From Eledone cirrhosa (taxonomy: Eukaryota): a stretch of 64,000 nucleotides of DNA. The translations under genes were made by a program, and so were the position numbers. This document shows, piece after piece, positions 26,101-38,890 of the stretch. How positions within the stretch are numbered: position 1 is the stretch's first letter; each line of letters starts with the position of its first letter. The notes beneath the pieces are model-generated. The model ran no database searches, was not told the DNA's origin, and worked only from the letters and a program-made list of their open reading frames with translations. The DNA is taken from NCBI GenBank assembly GCA_964016885.1, contig OZ024740.1:102052001-102116000 (forward strand). Reading direction: 5' to 3'.

Positions 26101-26214
26101 GAGGTTGGCATTGGGAAGGGTATCTGACTATGGAATTCTGACTCATAAACAATTACAGACATGATTTACTGACTCTGATGATGATATATATATATATATA
26201 TATTATTTCATTAT

Positions 26215-27177
26215 CATCAGCGTTTTATGTTTTGTTTATATTCTATGCTTTCAAGGGTTAGCAGGGTTGTCATACTCTGAAGCCAGACAGGCAAGTCAGA
26301 CAACTGTCTTGTTCATACATTTTATTTTGACATTGTTTCTCCAGATGAATGCTCTTCCTAACACCAACCACTTCAAGGCATGTAACAGCTTTGTTTTCTC
26401 ATATCAGTAGCACTGCCACATTACAGTGTTGAGTGGATGCATTTTATCATATCACCAGCACTGCCATTTTACATATTGGGTTAAGTGCATTTTACTGTGA
26501 CACTAGTACTTTTACCCTCCAGTGTGACTGAGTGCTGAGTGCATTTGATGGTAGTATAAGTACTACCAATTTTCAAGACTAGCACACTAGTGGCCTTGGC
26601 CAGGCTAAGAGGTCTGTGATAGGAAGTGATTGTGTGAATGAGAGTAGGATTTGGGTTGTCTGTCTCTTGAGGAAAGAATAGAGTGGCCTTCGAGCAAGTG
26701 ACAGATGGCAGTATTGTAGTGGGGTGAGGAAAGCTTTCCATGCTGGCATAATTGTGCATGGAAAGAGGAGAGGAATTTGGAGATAAATTTAGTAGTGACA
26801 GTTGTTGGGTAGAGGCAGGAAAGGGAAGTAAATGTTGAGCCATATTGTGGTATTGGTGAGGAGGAGAGAAAGAGTGAACAAGCAGTGATTAGCAGTACAA
26901 TGAAAGTGTATCTACTTTTGGGTAAGAGTCAGGGATGTGATGGAGATGAAGACTAGGGTTGGGAAGGGCATTAGTGAGGGAGATCAAGTGTGTGAAAGGA
27001 AAATACTTGTGTAATAATGCAAGTCTTGATCCTGTGTCATCTTCTTTGCAAAGTCCAACTTTTTAAGGGAAGCCTTTATTGCTTCGTCCCAAGTTTTCTT
27101 CTACTATACATTCCCTCAACTTTGAGTGTCCAGCACTTCTTTATGCAACTTTCATCCTTCTACATAGCACATGTCCA
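26215..27177 (-). mobile_element. Old degenerate RTE 3' end (RT C-terminus at ~27020-27177 plus decayed 3'UTR)
   Basis: GHVL..KDESCIKKCWTLKVEG...KTWDEAIKA on the minus strand; TTCCTAACACCAACCACTT tail motif near 26355. Confidence 0.6.
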
Positions 27178-27525
27178 TCATCATCATTTCATCATTTCAT
27201 TTTACGTCCGCTTTTTCCCTGCTTGCAAGGGTGGGACGGGAACTGATGCTGGCTTGATTTCTACAGCTGGATGCCCTTCCTAACACCAACCCCATTTACA
27301 GTGAGTGCTGGGTGCTTTTTTGCCGTGGCACCTCCACGACCACTTTGCAGTGGAATGATATGGATCCCAGTCCCTATCATCTCATTTCTACAGCTGAGTA
27401 AACTGGAGAAATGTGAAATAAAGTGTCTTGCTCAAGGAAACAACACATCACCCGGTCTGAGAATTGAACTCACAGCCTTTCGATTGCAAGGTCAATGCTC
27501 TAACCACTAAGCCATGTGCCTCCAT
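27178..27525 (-). mobile_element. Full-length tRNA-derived SINE with an RTE-derived 3' tail
   Basis: Head GGCACATGGCTTAGTGGTTAGAGCA..GAGTTCAATTCTC (A/B boxes), CORE/V-like centre CCTTGAGCAAGACACTT, RTE 3'UTR motif and (GAT)n; partial copies at 30820-30930(+) and 49895-49996(-). Confidence 0.85.
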
Positions 27526-28144
27526 ATATGTATATATAAAGAGAGAGGGAAAGATAACGTATATATTTATTAGCTGGATATTTTATGAATACATATCTAC
27601 AACTAGTTTCACCATAACGTGGCCCTTTGAGTAATATTTCTTAATCCACTTTCTCATGTTGCTTTTTAAACAAAAATTGAGATAAATTTATTTGTTTTTA
27701 CTGGAGCATGTATTTTCATTGGCTGTTATATATCTCTTATTAATACATGTTTAATTCTGTGTGTGTATATGTCCGTATATCTGTATATTCATTTAAACTG
27801 TTTGATTGTTTGATATATGTTTGCCTTCATCTGTAATATTATTTGAATTGAAAAGAGAATAGAATTGAAAAGATGTGTTATCAATTTCATGCCTTATTTG
27901 TTGGGATATCATTAATGTTTCTACTTAAAAAATTATTAATTCATTAAAAAAATGAAGTCATTCTTACTCTGTTACTAAATTAGGCATGAAATACTATTTG
28001 AATAAAAAATTAAATAACCATGAAAAGAAATGTGTGTTCTGTTGGGATTTCATATGCCTCTTATTGAGATGCTGTTAGGGTTTTTAAGTACTTAAGTTTG
28101 TGAGGGCATGCCCAAGCCTTGCTAGCAGGGAAGATGAGCATTAA

Positions 28145-28352
28145 CCCTTTAGCATTTAAACCAGCTGTATCCGACCAGAATTCTCTCATCTCTTTATGTT
28201 CAAACTGGTCGTTACTGGCCACTCATACTGATGTTAAGGTATTGTTCTCAAAATAATTAATATCAAAATCTCATAGATTCGATATTATGTGAGGTAAAGC
28301 CTTTACCATGAAAATACAATAGCATATAAAGAGTAATGTAAATGCTAAAGGG
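28145..28352. mobile_element. piggyBac-type MITE, 208 bp
   Basis: TTAA target duplication on both sides; perfect 14-bp TIR CCCTTTAGCATTTA / TAAATGCTAAAGGG. Confidence 0.88.
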
Positions 28353-28879
28353 TTAAATGATTGTGAAGATGATGATGACGATGGTGATTCTGTTTGCCTA
28401 TCAATATTTGGCTTTAAATTTTAAAGACCAAAAGATTTGGAGGGGGGGGGGGGGGGGGGGCACAGATTACAGAAAGAATTTGATTGGCTAAAAGTTGGCA
28501 CTTTATATAATGGATGCTATTTAATGATACAGGGTGTATTGTTATTTTCCAAAAACTATATATGTGTTGTTGGTTTCATCTCCAATTTTCTTTGTGATGG
28601 TCTATATGTAGAATTATATTGATAAAGGTCGCTCCTAAATTTGTTTAAAGTTTTAAATCTTTTAAATACTAACATGTTAAAACTGCATCTATTAAAGAGA
28701 TGAAAATAAAATTTAAACTTTGGACTGAAATCTCATTATATGACAGATAATATTAGATTTCAGTAGTTAAATATTTGTCTTTTGCTATTAACCTGAAAGT
28801 TAGTTATTTCACTAATCATCCCATAACCTTTGCCTAAAATCCTTCACAGGTCAACCATTGCTCTAACGAACAGTCTTCT

Positions 28880-29600
28880 CTGTGCTGACTTGTGACTGGC
28901 TCTGTTTAGTCTGTTGTTGAGGAACTTCAATAAGTCATCCTAGTTGTAAAGCTCCTTAGATTGGAGATCAGCCCATCCAAGTCTGAAGTCACAAATGTGA
29001 GCTACAGGAAAGCTTATTTTAAAGACACCTTACTCAATATCTAACCTGCCTTGACTGGGGTTCTGCTAACACCAAAACATGCCAGCTATGTTTTCAGCCC
29101 TCCAATCCTCCCAAATGCTATACAAGAGTGCTTGGAGACCAAGCATGCAGACCTAATGAGGATGATAGAGATTTCACCACATGGATACATGCCTAGCATA
29201 CTTCCTCCTGAGGAACTACACCCACCCCCAAACTCCTTTTCACACTGTGTGATGTGCCTTGTCACCCTCTTGCCAATCGCCTCGTTAAACTCAATGTCAC
29301 CATCCAATGCTGCGTTGAACACATTTGCAATGTTATTTTTGCTAGCGCCAGCTAGTAAAAGATGAAACTTACCATGAAATTCAGTGGCTTCAGCTTCTGA
29401 TCTACTTCTGAACTTGCACTGCCAGCCCATCTCTCTACTGTCTTCTGAACCCTCATGGGCGAGGACTTCCGCAAGATGGCAGAACCTGATGTGGCTCAGG
29501 AACTGGAGTCAGCTCTGGTTGATTAGACTGATGGAGACCTCAACATCTCCCAGTATACATATGTCTAACATAACTGGGACGACATCAACTGCAGGTCTAC
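28880..29600 (+). pseudogene. Degenerate CRE-like non-LTR RT fragment
   Basis: Across frameshifts: SVVEELQ..LEISPSKSEV, CLETKHADLMRM, YFLLRNY..KLLFTL, HICNV..., KLTMKFSGFSF*STSELALPAHLST (cf. LPVRxGGLGIRSAxDLALPAFLxS), HNWDD. Confidence 0.65.
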
Positions 29601-31849
29601 CTACAGAGGTATTTAGTTTTCCTTGAACCAACACTATTCTCTGCCTCAAATTTTGTAACTTTGACTGCAAACCTGGGCACCACCACCCAGAAAGAATGCA
29701 GAGGAGAGGAAATAACTAAATATTGGGACTTGAACTACCACTTCCTTTTCATACCAATCACAGTTAAGACCCCAGGTGTCTTTGGTCCCCCTACTGCTGA
29801 TTTTCTCCATAAAATTGGAAAGACAAAAGCCCCATGAAGTAGGGTGGCTGTTGCAGTGGGTGTCTCTGGCAATTCTGTGTGGCAATACCTTTGCTACATT
29901 GTCCACAGAGGGTAGCTGAAATACTACTCAGACAGGGATGTAGAATATGTCACTCACCACACTCCCTTTCTTTCTTTGCTTAATTGCTTTCTCTTTTTCT
30001 TCTTTTCCTTTTTTTTTGTTTCACATTGTTGATTATTTTGATAATTAAAGCACAAAGGTAGTATATTCGTGTGAGAAATAAGGACACAAAAGGATCATTG
30101 TTAGGTGTGACAGTAGCTGCGTTTCTGATTTCTCCAGGCAATTTTCATTGACAGAAAATAATTTGAAATTGACAATTGCATTTTAGTGCTCTCTTGGTTG
30201 TGTTTTTGTAATTTAAAATTTTCATTATTCTTATTATCATTCATGGATGTTACAATTTATTAATGCAGAATGTCTTATTTTAAGTGAATTTGTATTAAAA
30301 GATTTTCCTGCATTCATGTCCTGGAGTAAATAAGGGTTCTTACAAGAGGAAAAAAGTGTTTGCATACATGGAGGCACATTCAGAAGAAATGTTGGACTAT
30401 ATCCCCTATTAAGTTCTGCATGTCTATTATATTTAATATTTCTTTTGAAATCACTAAATGTCTGTACATTGCTATAATACATGTATTTGCTAGTCTATTG
30501 AATGATGCTTTTTGATAAAAGATTAAGATTCATTTACTCAGATTATTGAGCAGATTTTTTAGAACACATGGTGTGTAGTTTGAATTATTATTTATATGTA
30601 ATATCAAATCCTTAGATTTAATGTACTGTTGGAATTTTTCATTAATGAGGTTGAATGTTAGATTAAAGAGATTTACTATTTTTAGGTAATCTTTAAGATT
30701 AGGTTGTTAAATAGTGTGCCTAGGTTCTTCCTGAACATAGAATTCTCACAAGCATGGTAAAATGGGCATAAAAAATGATGATTATATATATATAGAGATA
30801 TATAGGTATTTATATGTATGTCGCTGAGTGGTTAGAGAATTGGATTCACAATCTTGAGGTTGTGAGTTCGATTCCTGGACCGGGCGATGCGTTATGTCCT
30901 TGAACAAGACACTTTATTTCACGTTGATCCTTCTACCTGGAGTTGCGACCGATAGATAGTACTAGCAACTGGAAAGACCAACGGAAACATTGTTTTCTCA
31001 GTCCAATTTGACGAAAGTTGATCGATCCTGTTATTTATATATATATTTATATACATTTATATATATATATAGAGAGAGAGAGAGATGTTGGGTTCATAGA
31101 AATTTTCATTCGAGATTTAAGTTGTATCCTCAATTTGTCTGTGGTTCTGAGGTTCATGACCTTGATTATGATGAAGTCACTAACTCTGTAAAGTCCATCT
31201 TCAATAAATAGGAATTTATTGTTTGTAATATGTCACAAAAATAGGTCAATCACTTACTTTAGTTGTGTCATATGCACCCATACTTACATTGGAAGTTTTA
31301 ATAGAGTTCTTCTTAATTCATATATGATAGAAAAGATTTTTCTGATCTGTAAATATGTACAATGAAGAAATATATTGAAATAACAAGAAAAGAGTCTTAA
31401 CGTTTTGGACACTAGTCCTTCGTTAGAAGATAGAATGAGAAATGAAATAGAAAGTTAGAGAGTGAGAAGAGGAAGGAATGGAAAAAATACATTGAGATAA
31501 AAACACACATTCGTATTCAGTTAGCCATTTTGGAGATATATAAGTGTGAGTATGTATATATACATATTTATAAAGTAAACACCAATATACTGTTGTATAT
31601 ATCTATGTATATATTTCTACTATTCTATATCTGTTTATTCAAAAGCTCTCAACCATACACTGACACCCACTCCTCCAACCTGTTCACTTCCTAATACCTC
31701 AACTACACCACACATATACATATTGACACCCCACATTACTTACAATTCATACATCTATACATCATCTGGCTTAAAACCATCCTTCAGGCTAGAATGAAAG
31801 TTCTGTTTGATTTTAACAGGTATTTTGAACATCAAAGTAGTGGTATTTA

Positions 31850-32865
31850 GGTGGATTGGCAGTATAGGTAGAGGGTCGGACGCCATGCTTTCCAGCATAG
31901 TTACGTCCCTTTACGATCTGAGTTCAAATCCCGCCGAGGTTGACTTTGCCTTTCATCCTTACGGGGTCGATAAAATAAAGTACCAGTAATGCACTGGGTA
32001 ATTGCTGGCCTTGTGCCTAAAGTAGAAACAGGTATTTATGCATGTATTTACTCATCATATAAAATTCCTTAGAACTTGATGTGAAATATGAGACTGACTC
32101 ATTTTTAATCTCCTACACTGATATTTGTCTAAGTTCATCAAACTGGTTTTCTAAATGCCGAGACAAAATATAATCAGAATGAGAATATGGAAGGTGAAGC
32201 ATTTTTCCAGCCAAGTTCATCTAGGAGATCCTTTATTATTTGCACAGGCATTATTAGTATGGGGAATGACCCTTTTTCTATTCACTAAGTATAGATGTTT
32301 TTGGTTCAAAGCTGTTTTCAAATGCTTAAGTTGCTGGCAGTAAAATTCAGCTGTGATTTTTAATTTCTATGGTGGATTGGCAGTATTGGTAGAGGGTCGA
32401 ACGCCATGCTTTGACACATAGAATTACGGCCCTTTCCATTCTGAGTTCAAATCCCGCCGAGATTAACTTTGCCTTTCATCCTTACGGGGTCGATAAAATA
32501 AAGTACCAGTAATACACTTGAATAATTGCTGGCCTTGTGCCAAAAGTAGAAACAATTATTACCGTTTAACAGTTCATAATGATCAACCCCAACCTACAAT
32601 AGAAAACACTAGCCTAAGTTGGCATGTTGTATGACTGAACCTGAAAGCACATGGTTCTAAAGAAAACTTCTCAAAAATATAACCATGCCTATATATAATA
32701 ATAAAAATTGTTTCTACTTTTGGCATAAGGCCAGCAATTTGAAGGGAAATGGAAAGTATATTAAATATACCCCAGTGCATTAGTGGTGCTTTATTTTATC
32801 AACATTGTAAGGGTGAAAGGCAAAGATAACCTTGGGGGGATTTTGAATTCAGAATGTAAAGGGCC
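31850..32865. mobile_element. Cluster of three Meta/MESC-like tRNA SINEs: 31850-32030(+), 32372-32560(+), 32706-32865(-)
   Basis: Same consensus as 13987-14170. Confidence 0.85.
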
Positions 32866-33167
32866 AATAAAAAAGGCATGATACAATAGACAGTGACAGT
32901 GTGAGTTTACAATGAAATTGAGTAGAAAGAAAAATTAACAAACAAAATTCAATAAACAAAAGAACTACAACAATAAAAAGTTCCCCAATAGTGGGGAGGA
33001 CCAGCCAGGGATGACTTAGGAACCCCACAAATCCTAAACCACCCGTTACTCAAAGAGCACCCTAGGAGACCACTCCTCTCCTCTCTCAATCAGCCAGCCT
33101 ACAGGCGCATTGTCAGAGTAGGCCCATTTAAATGGGCCATCTTTGTCATATTCAGTCAGCCCTTTTG

Positions 33168-33204
<37 letters not shown>

Positions 33205-33429
33205 TTATAAAGTAAATACAGATATAAGTATTTATAATGTAAACACCAATATACGTAGGAGTTGTACCTATTGTGGTTGGCATACTGGGAGCAGTTAGTA
33301 AAAGGTTAGATTCATAGCTTGAGAAGCTATGGATTATCCATGAGGATGGGATTGTTGTAAAAACTTATGTAAATCAAATAGATAATGCATTAATTGTTAA
33401 ACCTTGGTGATATATTCTTTGCATTTATG

Positions 33430-33797
33430 GTGTCACGCAGTAATACAGAGTACACGACCTCCCATGGGTACAAGCTGAAGCATATAGACAATATGGCCCC
33501 CCCCCCCCCCACCCCCCACCGCAAGGTGGTCGTGGAGGTGCCAAGGCAAAAAAGCACCCAGCCCACACTGTAAAGTGGACGTGTAGGCGCCACGACAAAG
33601 CACCCAGCACTCACTGTAAATGAGGTTGGTGTTAGGAAGGGCATCCAGCTGTAGAAATCAAGCCAAATCAGTTCCTGTATGAGCAAGGCATGGTCAGCCG
33701 ACCAGACACTGCCCACAACAGGACAACCCGTCTAACCCATGCTAGCATGGAAGAACGGACGTAAAACGGTGATGATGATGATGATGATGATGATGAT
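33430..33797 (+). mobile_element. RTE 3'UTR copy with a (GAT)n tail
   Basis: Near-identical reverse complement of 22381-22735. Confidence 0.9.
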
Positions 33798-33974
33798 ATG
33801 CTCAGTGATTTACAAATCTACGATGACTGGAAGTATACCTCTGCACTATCTTGAGCTAATCTGGATATTGAAAAAAAACATATCTGAGATTTAAATATCT
33901 GAATGCTTTATACTGTTGTATTGTCAACTTGTATAATTTACCTAATATATAAATGTATACATGTGTAGAAGATT

Positions 33975-34430
33975 ACGCCACCTAGCTTTGACTTTGGAGG
34001 CAGTTGATTAACTGCCCTTAGTTCTGACGTCACGTTCTGATGTCAGTAACTGAATACACACTCTTCGACTTTGTCTCTTGAGGACCAAACGCGTTTCACG
34101 GTGGCGAAAAAGCGATATTGCACCATGCGGTCACGGGATATTTGAACACCGCCACGAAATGATAATTACGAATTATCAATCATGGAGCAACTGATATGAT
34201 AACCTGTTTTGTTTATTGCTCTGATTAAAATGCCCATGTACTTATAATCTCGAGGTATGTTCTTTTTGCTTAATTGTTTACCTACACCTAACAACAAATA
34301 GAAAAGGTGTCTAGCAGCCAAGCTAGGGAAACAAACTCCCCTCTAAATCGTAAAACAACGCAGCCTTCTAAAATTGGTGACCATCTCTCCTAAAGTGGTG
34401 ACCCCGAAGTAATTCGAACACGCAGCCTTC
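33975..34430. promoter_or_regulatory. CpG-rich segment with a canonical CRE site; possible promoter or first exon
   Basis: About 20 CpGs in ~450 bp of otherwise CpG-poor DNA; TGACGTCA at 34025-34032, TGATGTCA at 34038-34045; donor-like GAG|GTATGT at 34254/34255. Confidence 0.35.
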
Positions 34431-34528
34431 TGATGTATGCAAACATGTATGCAAATATATATATATATAAATGTATACATGTATGCTAATATATATATAT
34501 ATATATGTATATAAATGTATACATGTAT

Positions 34529-34594
<66 letters not shown>

Positions 34595-34846
34595 TACATC
34601 AAACGCCAGCATCCAAGAAAAATGGACCTGTTATTTTTCTCTAAAATTTTTTTTTCAGCTTCTGCCCTGCCTGTCTCCTCAATCTTTCTAATTTCTCATT
34701 CTTTCTTCTAATGAAGGACTAGCATCCAAAACATTAAGACACTCTTCTTACTATTTCAAGCATTAAACTAATATATTCTTTCCATATACCGTGCTATTTG
34801 TTTTGTTATTTCTATTTACATATATATATATATATATATACACACA

Positions 34847-34918
<72 letters not shown>

Positions 34919-36002
34919 TATACGAGATATCGTTTTCAGTTTCTCTAGTTCAGAGTTAGAGTAGCCTGTAATGAGGACTGTTTCAGCATAGAGTGGTTGT
35001 TGACGCAACAAGATGTTTACTTCAGTAGGTCGATCATAGGGTTATCCTTAGAGTTCCGTAATCAGTAATCTGTACTCATATATATATTGATAGTCTGCGA
35101 GATTCTCTACCACTTTCACTAATACGTGTGTGTGTATGTGCGTGTAATTATGTACATGGGGAATTGATGAAATATCAGACAAAATATTTTGTGGTATTTA
35201 GTGATATCATTTTTTTTGTATTCTTAGTTAAATAATGTTTCATCACAAGAATTTTGCTTGTACTCTTGAGACCATGTCTACCTAATCTGGCAATAAATAG
35301 AATCTCTTTCCATAATAAAGTGATTTTATGAGTTCATTCATATTAGAAAGTCTAGCAGTAAAATGAGATTCCTCCTGTAACTTTTAGATGACTCAGCAGA
35401 TTTAAAGTGTTGGAAAGGACAAATGCTTCAAGAAGTTTTGTGTTGGATTATATGACTGTCTTAGTCATCTAAGTAATATATAACTGGTGTACTTAGGTTA
35501 TAAATGTAATCTTTTTATCAATTTTTGTTTTCACAAAACATCCAATTTCTAATTTAATTTATTTTTTACTCATGACTATTATATTTTGAATAATATTTAT
35601 CTCAATACATTGAAATATATGTCTACTTTGCCTATAAAACTACTGCCCAATGTACTCTAGCCTTAATTCCTCTATGTGGTATATCAAACTAATCATTATT
35701 TGTTTGTGTTTATCTTCACATTTATTACTGCAACTAATTTCTATAAAAGACACTAATTACCTATTCATGAGTAAAAATGTTCCTTAATCCTTTCATTACT
35801 ATGTATATAATGAAAAATAATGTTGATAATTTTCAAATCATTTTTGAAATTAAGTAAGAGTTTAATGAATTTAGTAATATCTCGCTTTCCCATGAAGTTG
35901 ATGTTTGGAGCATAACTTAACAAAGGTTCTTATGTAACATGTTGATGGGTTTTAGATAAATAAATGCTATAATTTTCAAATCCTTTTGAAAATATATGCT
36001 TT

Positions 36003-36345
36003 GTCCCTGGTTAAGAGGTAGGTGTCTCAACTGCGACGCCACAGTCAGTGATTCCCACATCATGGATGCTGCAGTAAATGTGAGAGTCACTGCTTGCATT
36101 GCTGAATGGAATAAAATTTGTAGATACCTGGATTTAAACAGTAATTATTTTTTCTAGTCTGTGGCGTTTGAGACGTTTAGTGCAGTTGGGCTGCTGACAG
36201 CAAAGTTCTTGATATTGCTGGTAGCTCGCCTTACTGAGGTATCAGGTGATGACCGTGTCAGTGCCTGATTTGTTCAGCATCTTAGCCTCTCCTCCATCCT
36301 CCATCCATGGCAATGCTGCAAGTATATTGACTTGCCTCAAAGTGT
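36003..36345 (+). pseudogene. CRE-like restriction-like endonuclease domain fragment nested in an old MITE
   Basis: PWLRGRCLNCDATV...AEWNKICRYLDLNSNYFF*SVAFETFSAVG...RLTEVSGDDR..FVQHLS...HGNAASILTCL. Confidence 0.75.
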
Positions 36346-36700
36346 TTAGTTAACCCTTATTATGAGATGTGCGGCCGATTGTTGCACTTGGTGGTGAATC
36401 AATGGTTGTTTTTGTATGAAGAATGTGAAACAATTTAGTAATTAAGATTCTAATTATCTAACTGGTGTTGGAAGTTAACAAACGTTCTTACAAAATATTA
36501 TGGTGGAAGGTTCTTAGATAAATATAAGCACTTTAGAATAAACAGCTTAATATTGTAGAAACAAGGGCAGCTTCAGGCAGTTTTGGTATCGAAAGGTTAA
36601 AACATTTCTTAATAAAATATACATTTAGCTATTCATTGTTTGTTGTGCAAATAATTAAATTTGCTGTTTTCTGTAAATAATGTATTTATCAACATCAGCA

Positions 36701-36743
36701 TTATATATATGTGTGTGTTTGTGTGTATATATATATATATATG

Positions 36744-36797
<54 letters not shown>

Positions 36798-36869
36798 TTA
36801 TTGTCCATCTGGTTATGGTCCATCTGGTTCCTTACCACAACTCCTTCGTTATATATATAATATATATGC

Positions 36870-36923
<54 letters not shown>

Positions 36924-37066
36924 ATATATATGTGTGTGTATATATATATATATATATATGTATGTGAATATATATATATATGTGTATATATATATATGTA
37001 TGTATATATATATGTGTATATATATATGTGTGTATATATATATATGTGTGTATATATATATATGTA

Positions 37067-37135
<69 letters not shown>
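36701..37135. repeat. Compound (TA)n/(TG)n microsatellite; similar tracts at 12631-12682, 17405-17515, 19100-19410, 34450-34592, 34818-34917, 40640-40720, 41960-42025, 43965-44015, 46555-46797, 54110-54175
   Basis: Read directly from the sequence. Confidence 0.97.
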
Positions 37136-37137
<2 letters not shown>

Positions 37138-37284
37138 GGGTGTGTATGATTGTGTATAGAAGATTATATTAATAAAAGGAATTCCAACTTTGTCTGATTT
37201 ACTCATTTTATTTACAATCCTTTAAAATGTATAATGGTATTAGAAGGAAATAGTATGGTAGAATATTAAATGTTAAGTGTTAAT

Positions 37285-37323
37285 TGAACAAGTACTTTCA
37301 TGCTTTCGCAATCTTCAGGTTCA
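37285..37323 (-). ncRNA. Minimal type I hammerhead ribozyme (sense to the GIY-YIG ORF)
   Basis: UGAAC-CUGAAGA-UUGC-GAAA-GCAU-GAA-AGUACU-U-GUUCA. Confidence 0.75.
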
Positions 37324-37700
37324 TATTCTGTGTTGACAGTCAAGGTTGCAATTTTCAACTGTAATGAGATGGGTAAATTTTGTGCCTTATATACAGTGAA
37401 AAGCGGCTACAGAATGCTAAATCTTGCAAACTGTATTTCGACCAATCGGTGTGTAGTTTCACTGGATTACTAAAGCTGATTGGTTTAGGTGTCACAGTTG
37501 GTTGAGCATGTCTAACAACTACTATTTGACCCTATCCAAAGACTCAATTGTTTTGCTATTTTTAGAAATGATGAAAATAGCATTTTCTAGTAATCATCAC
37601 CATCAACATCACTTTTATTATTATTATTATTGTTGTTGTTGTTGTTGTTAGTGTTAGTAGTCGACATGGTCGTAGTCATAGTAGGAGTAATACCCCATTA

Positions 37701-38462
37701 TTATTGTTCATTTAGATTGGGTTGGAATTTATCAATAACATTCTTTTCTTTAATTTTTCTCTTGATTTCACTTCGGCTGTGTAATTTGTAGAATGGAAAT
37801 ATTATAAATATTCCCTGACCACATGTTGCTAGATGGTTACTCACGGGTATCTGACGGACATTTGGGTCTCTGATTTGCTGTTGGTGCACCCGTGCACATT
37901 CCGATAGTACATTTCCAGTTTGACCGACATATAGTTCTTCACAATTCGGGTATTTAATGCAGTAAATTAGATTTCTGCTTTTGCAGTTCATATTTGCATT
38001 TGGGAATATTTTTCCAGTTTTTGTGTCCATATATTGACCAGTGTGTATGGATTGACATGTGCCACATCGACTATCATTGCATTTAGATACAGTGAATGAT
38101 TGGTCTTTGTTGTTAAGGTCAAACTTTGCTTTTGTTAGTAATTGCTTCAAATTTTTCGGCTGTCTTTTACTAAGAGTCAAAGATCGGTCTGTGATTAAGC
38201 CTTTTAATTCATTACTTTGAGCAATGATCGGTAGGTTTGCTTTGGCAGTGTTGAAGATATTCTGGTGACATGGGTTGTGTGTCATTATAAATGGTATGAC
38301 CAGTTCTTGGTTTCTTCTTCCTTGGGTTGTCCTAAGTTGTTGTATAGGTATTTTTATAGCCCGCTGTATGCCATTTTCTATAAGTAGAGATGGGTATTTT
38401 TGTTTGAGCAAAAATTCTCTCAGTTCTGTTAGGCATTTGATCCTGGTATTCGTATCTTCTAC
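37701..38462 (-). pseudogene. Penelope-like ORF C-terminus: linker and GIY-YIG endonuclease
   Basis: IPFIMTHNP, SKRQPKNLKQLLTKAK, C..SRCGTC, MNCKSRNLIYCIKYPNCEELYVGQTG, R..H, V.NH, E..I.KFQPNLN. Confidence 0.9.
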
Positions 38463-38702
38463 AAAAATAGCAAAACAATTGATGCTTTGGATAGGGTCAA
38501 ATTATAGTCGTTAGACATGCTCAACCAGCCGTGATGCCTAAACCAATCAGCTTTAGTAATCCAGTGAAACTACACACCGATTGGTCGAAATACAGTTTGC
38601 AGAATCTAGCATTCTGTAGCCGCTTTTCACTGTACATAAGGCACAAAATTTACCCATCTCATTACAGTTGAAAATTGCAAACTTGACTGTCACCACAGAA
38701 TA

Positions 38703-38741
38703 TGAACCTGAAGATTGCGAAAGCATGAAAGTACTTGTTCA
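38703..38741 (+). ncRNA. Minimal type I hammerhead ribozyme (inverted-arm copy)
   Basis: Same 39-nt motif as 37285-37323, on the opposite strand. Confidence 0.75.
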
Positions 38742-38853
38742 ATTAACACTTAACATTTAATATTCTACCATACTATTTCATTCTAATACCATTATAAATT
38801 TTAAAGGATTGTAAATAAAATGAGTAAATCAGACAAAGTTGGAATTCCTTTTA

Positions 38854-38890
<37 letters not shown>

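Larger units (their letters stand above)
37165..38861 (-). mobile_element. 5'-truncated Penelope-like element with 399-bp inverted terminal arms (inverted pLTR)
   Basis: 37165-37563 is the reverse complement of 38463-38861 (high identity); the spacer holds RT-thumb/GIY-YIG coding sequence; a hammerhead lies in each arm. Confidence 0.92.

Noticed and set aside
27455-27525. tRNA gene
   Set aside because: The A/B boxes belong to a SINE head; no complete cloverleaf, and it runs into SINE core and LINE tail.
29051-29430. ORFs 29051-29365(+) and 29086-29430(-) as host genes
   Set aside because: Better explained as a frameshifted CRE-like RT remnant and its antisense.
36661-37206. YI/CV/HT-rich ORFs here and at ~12.5, 17.4, 19.1, 34.4, 42, 46.5, 54 and 57.8 kb
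   Set aside because: Translations of (TA)n, (TG)n and (CA)n microsatellites.
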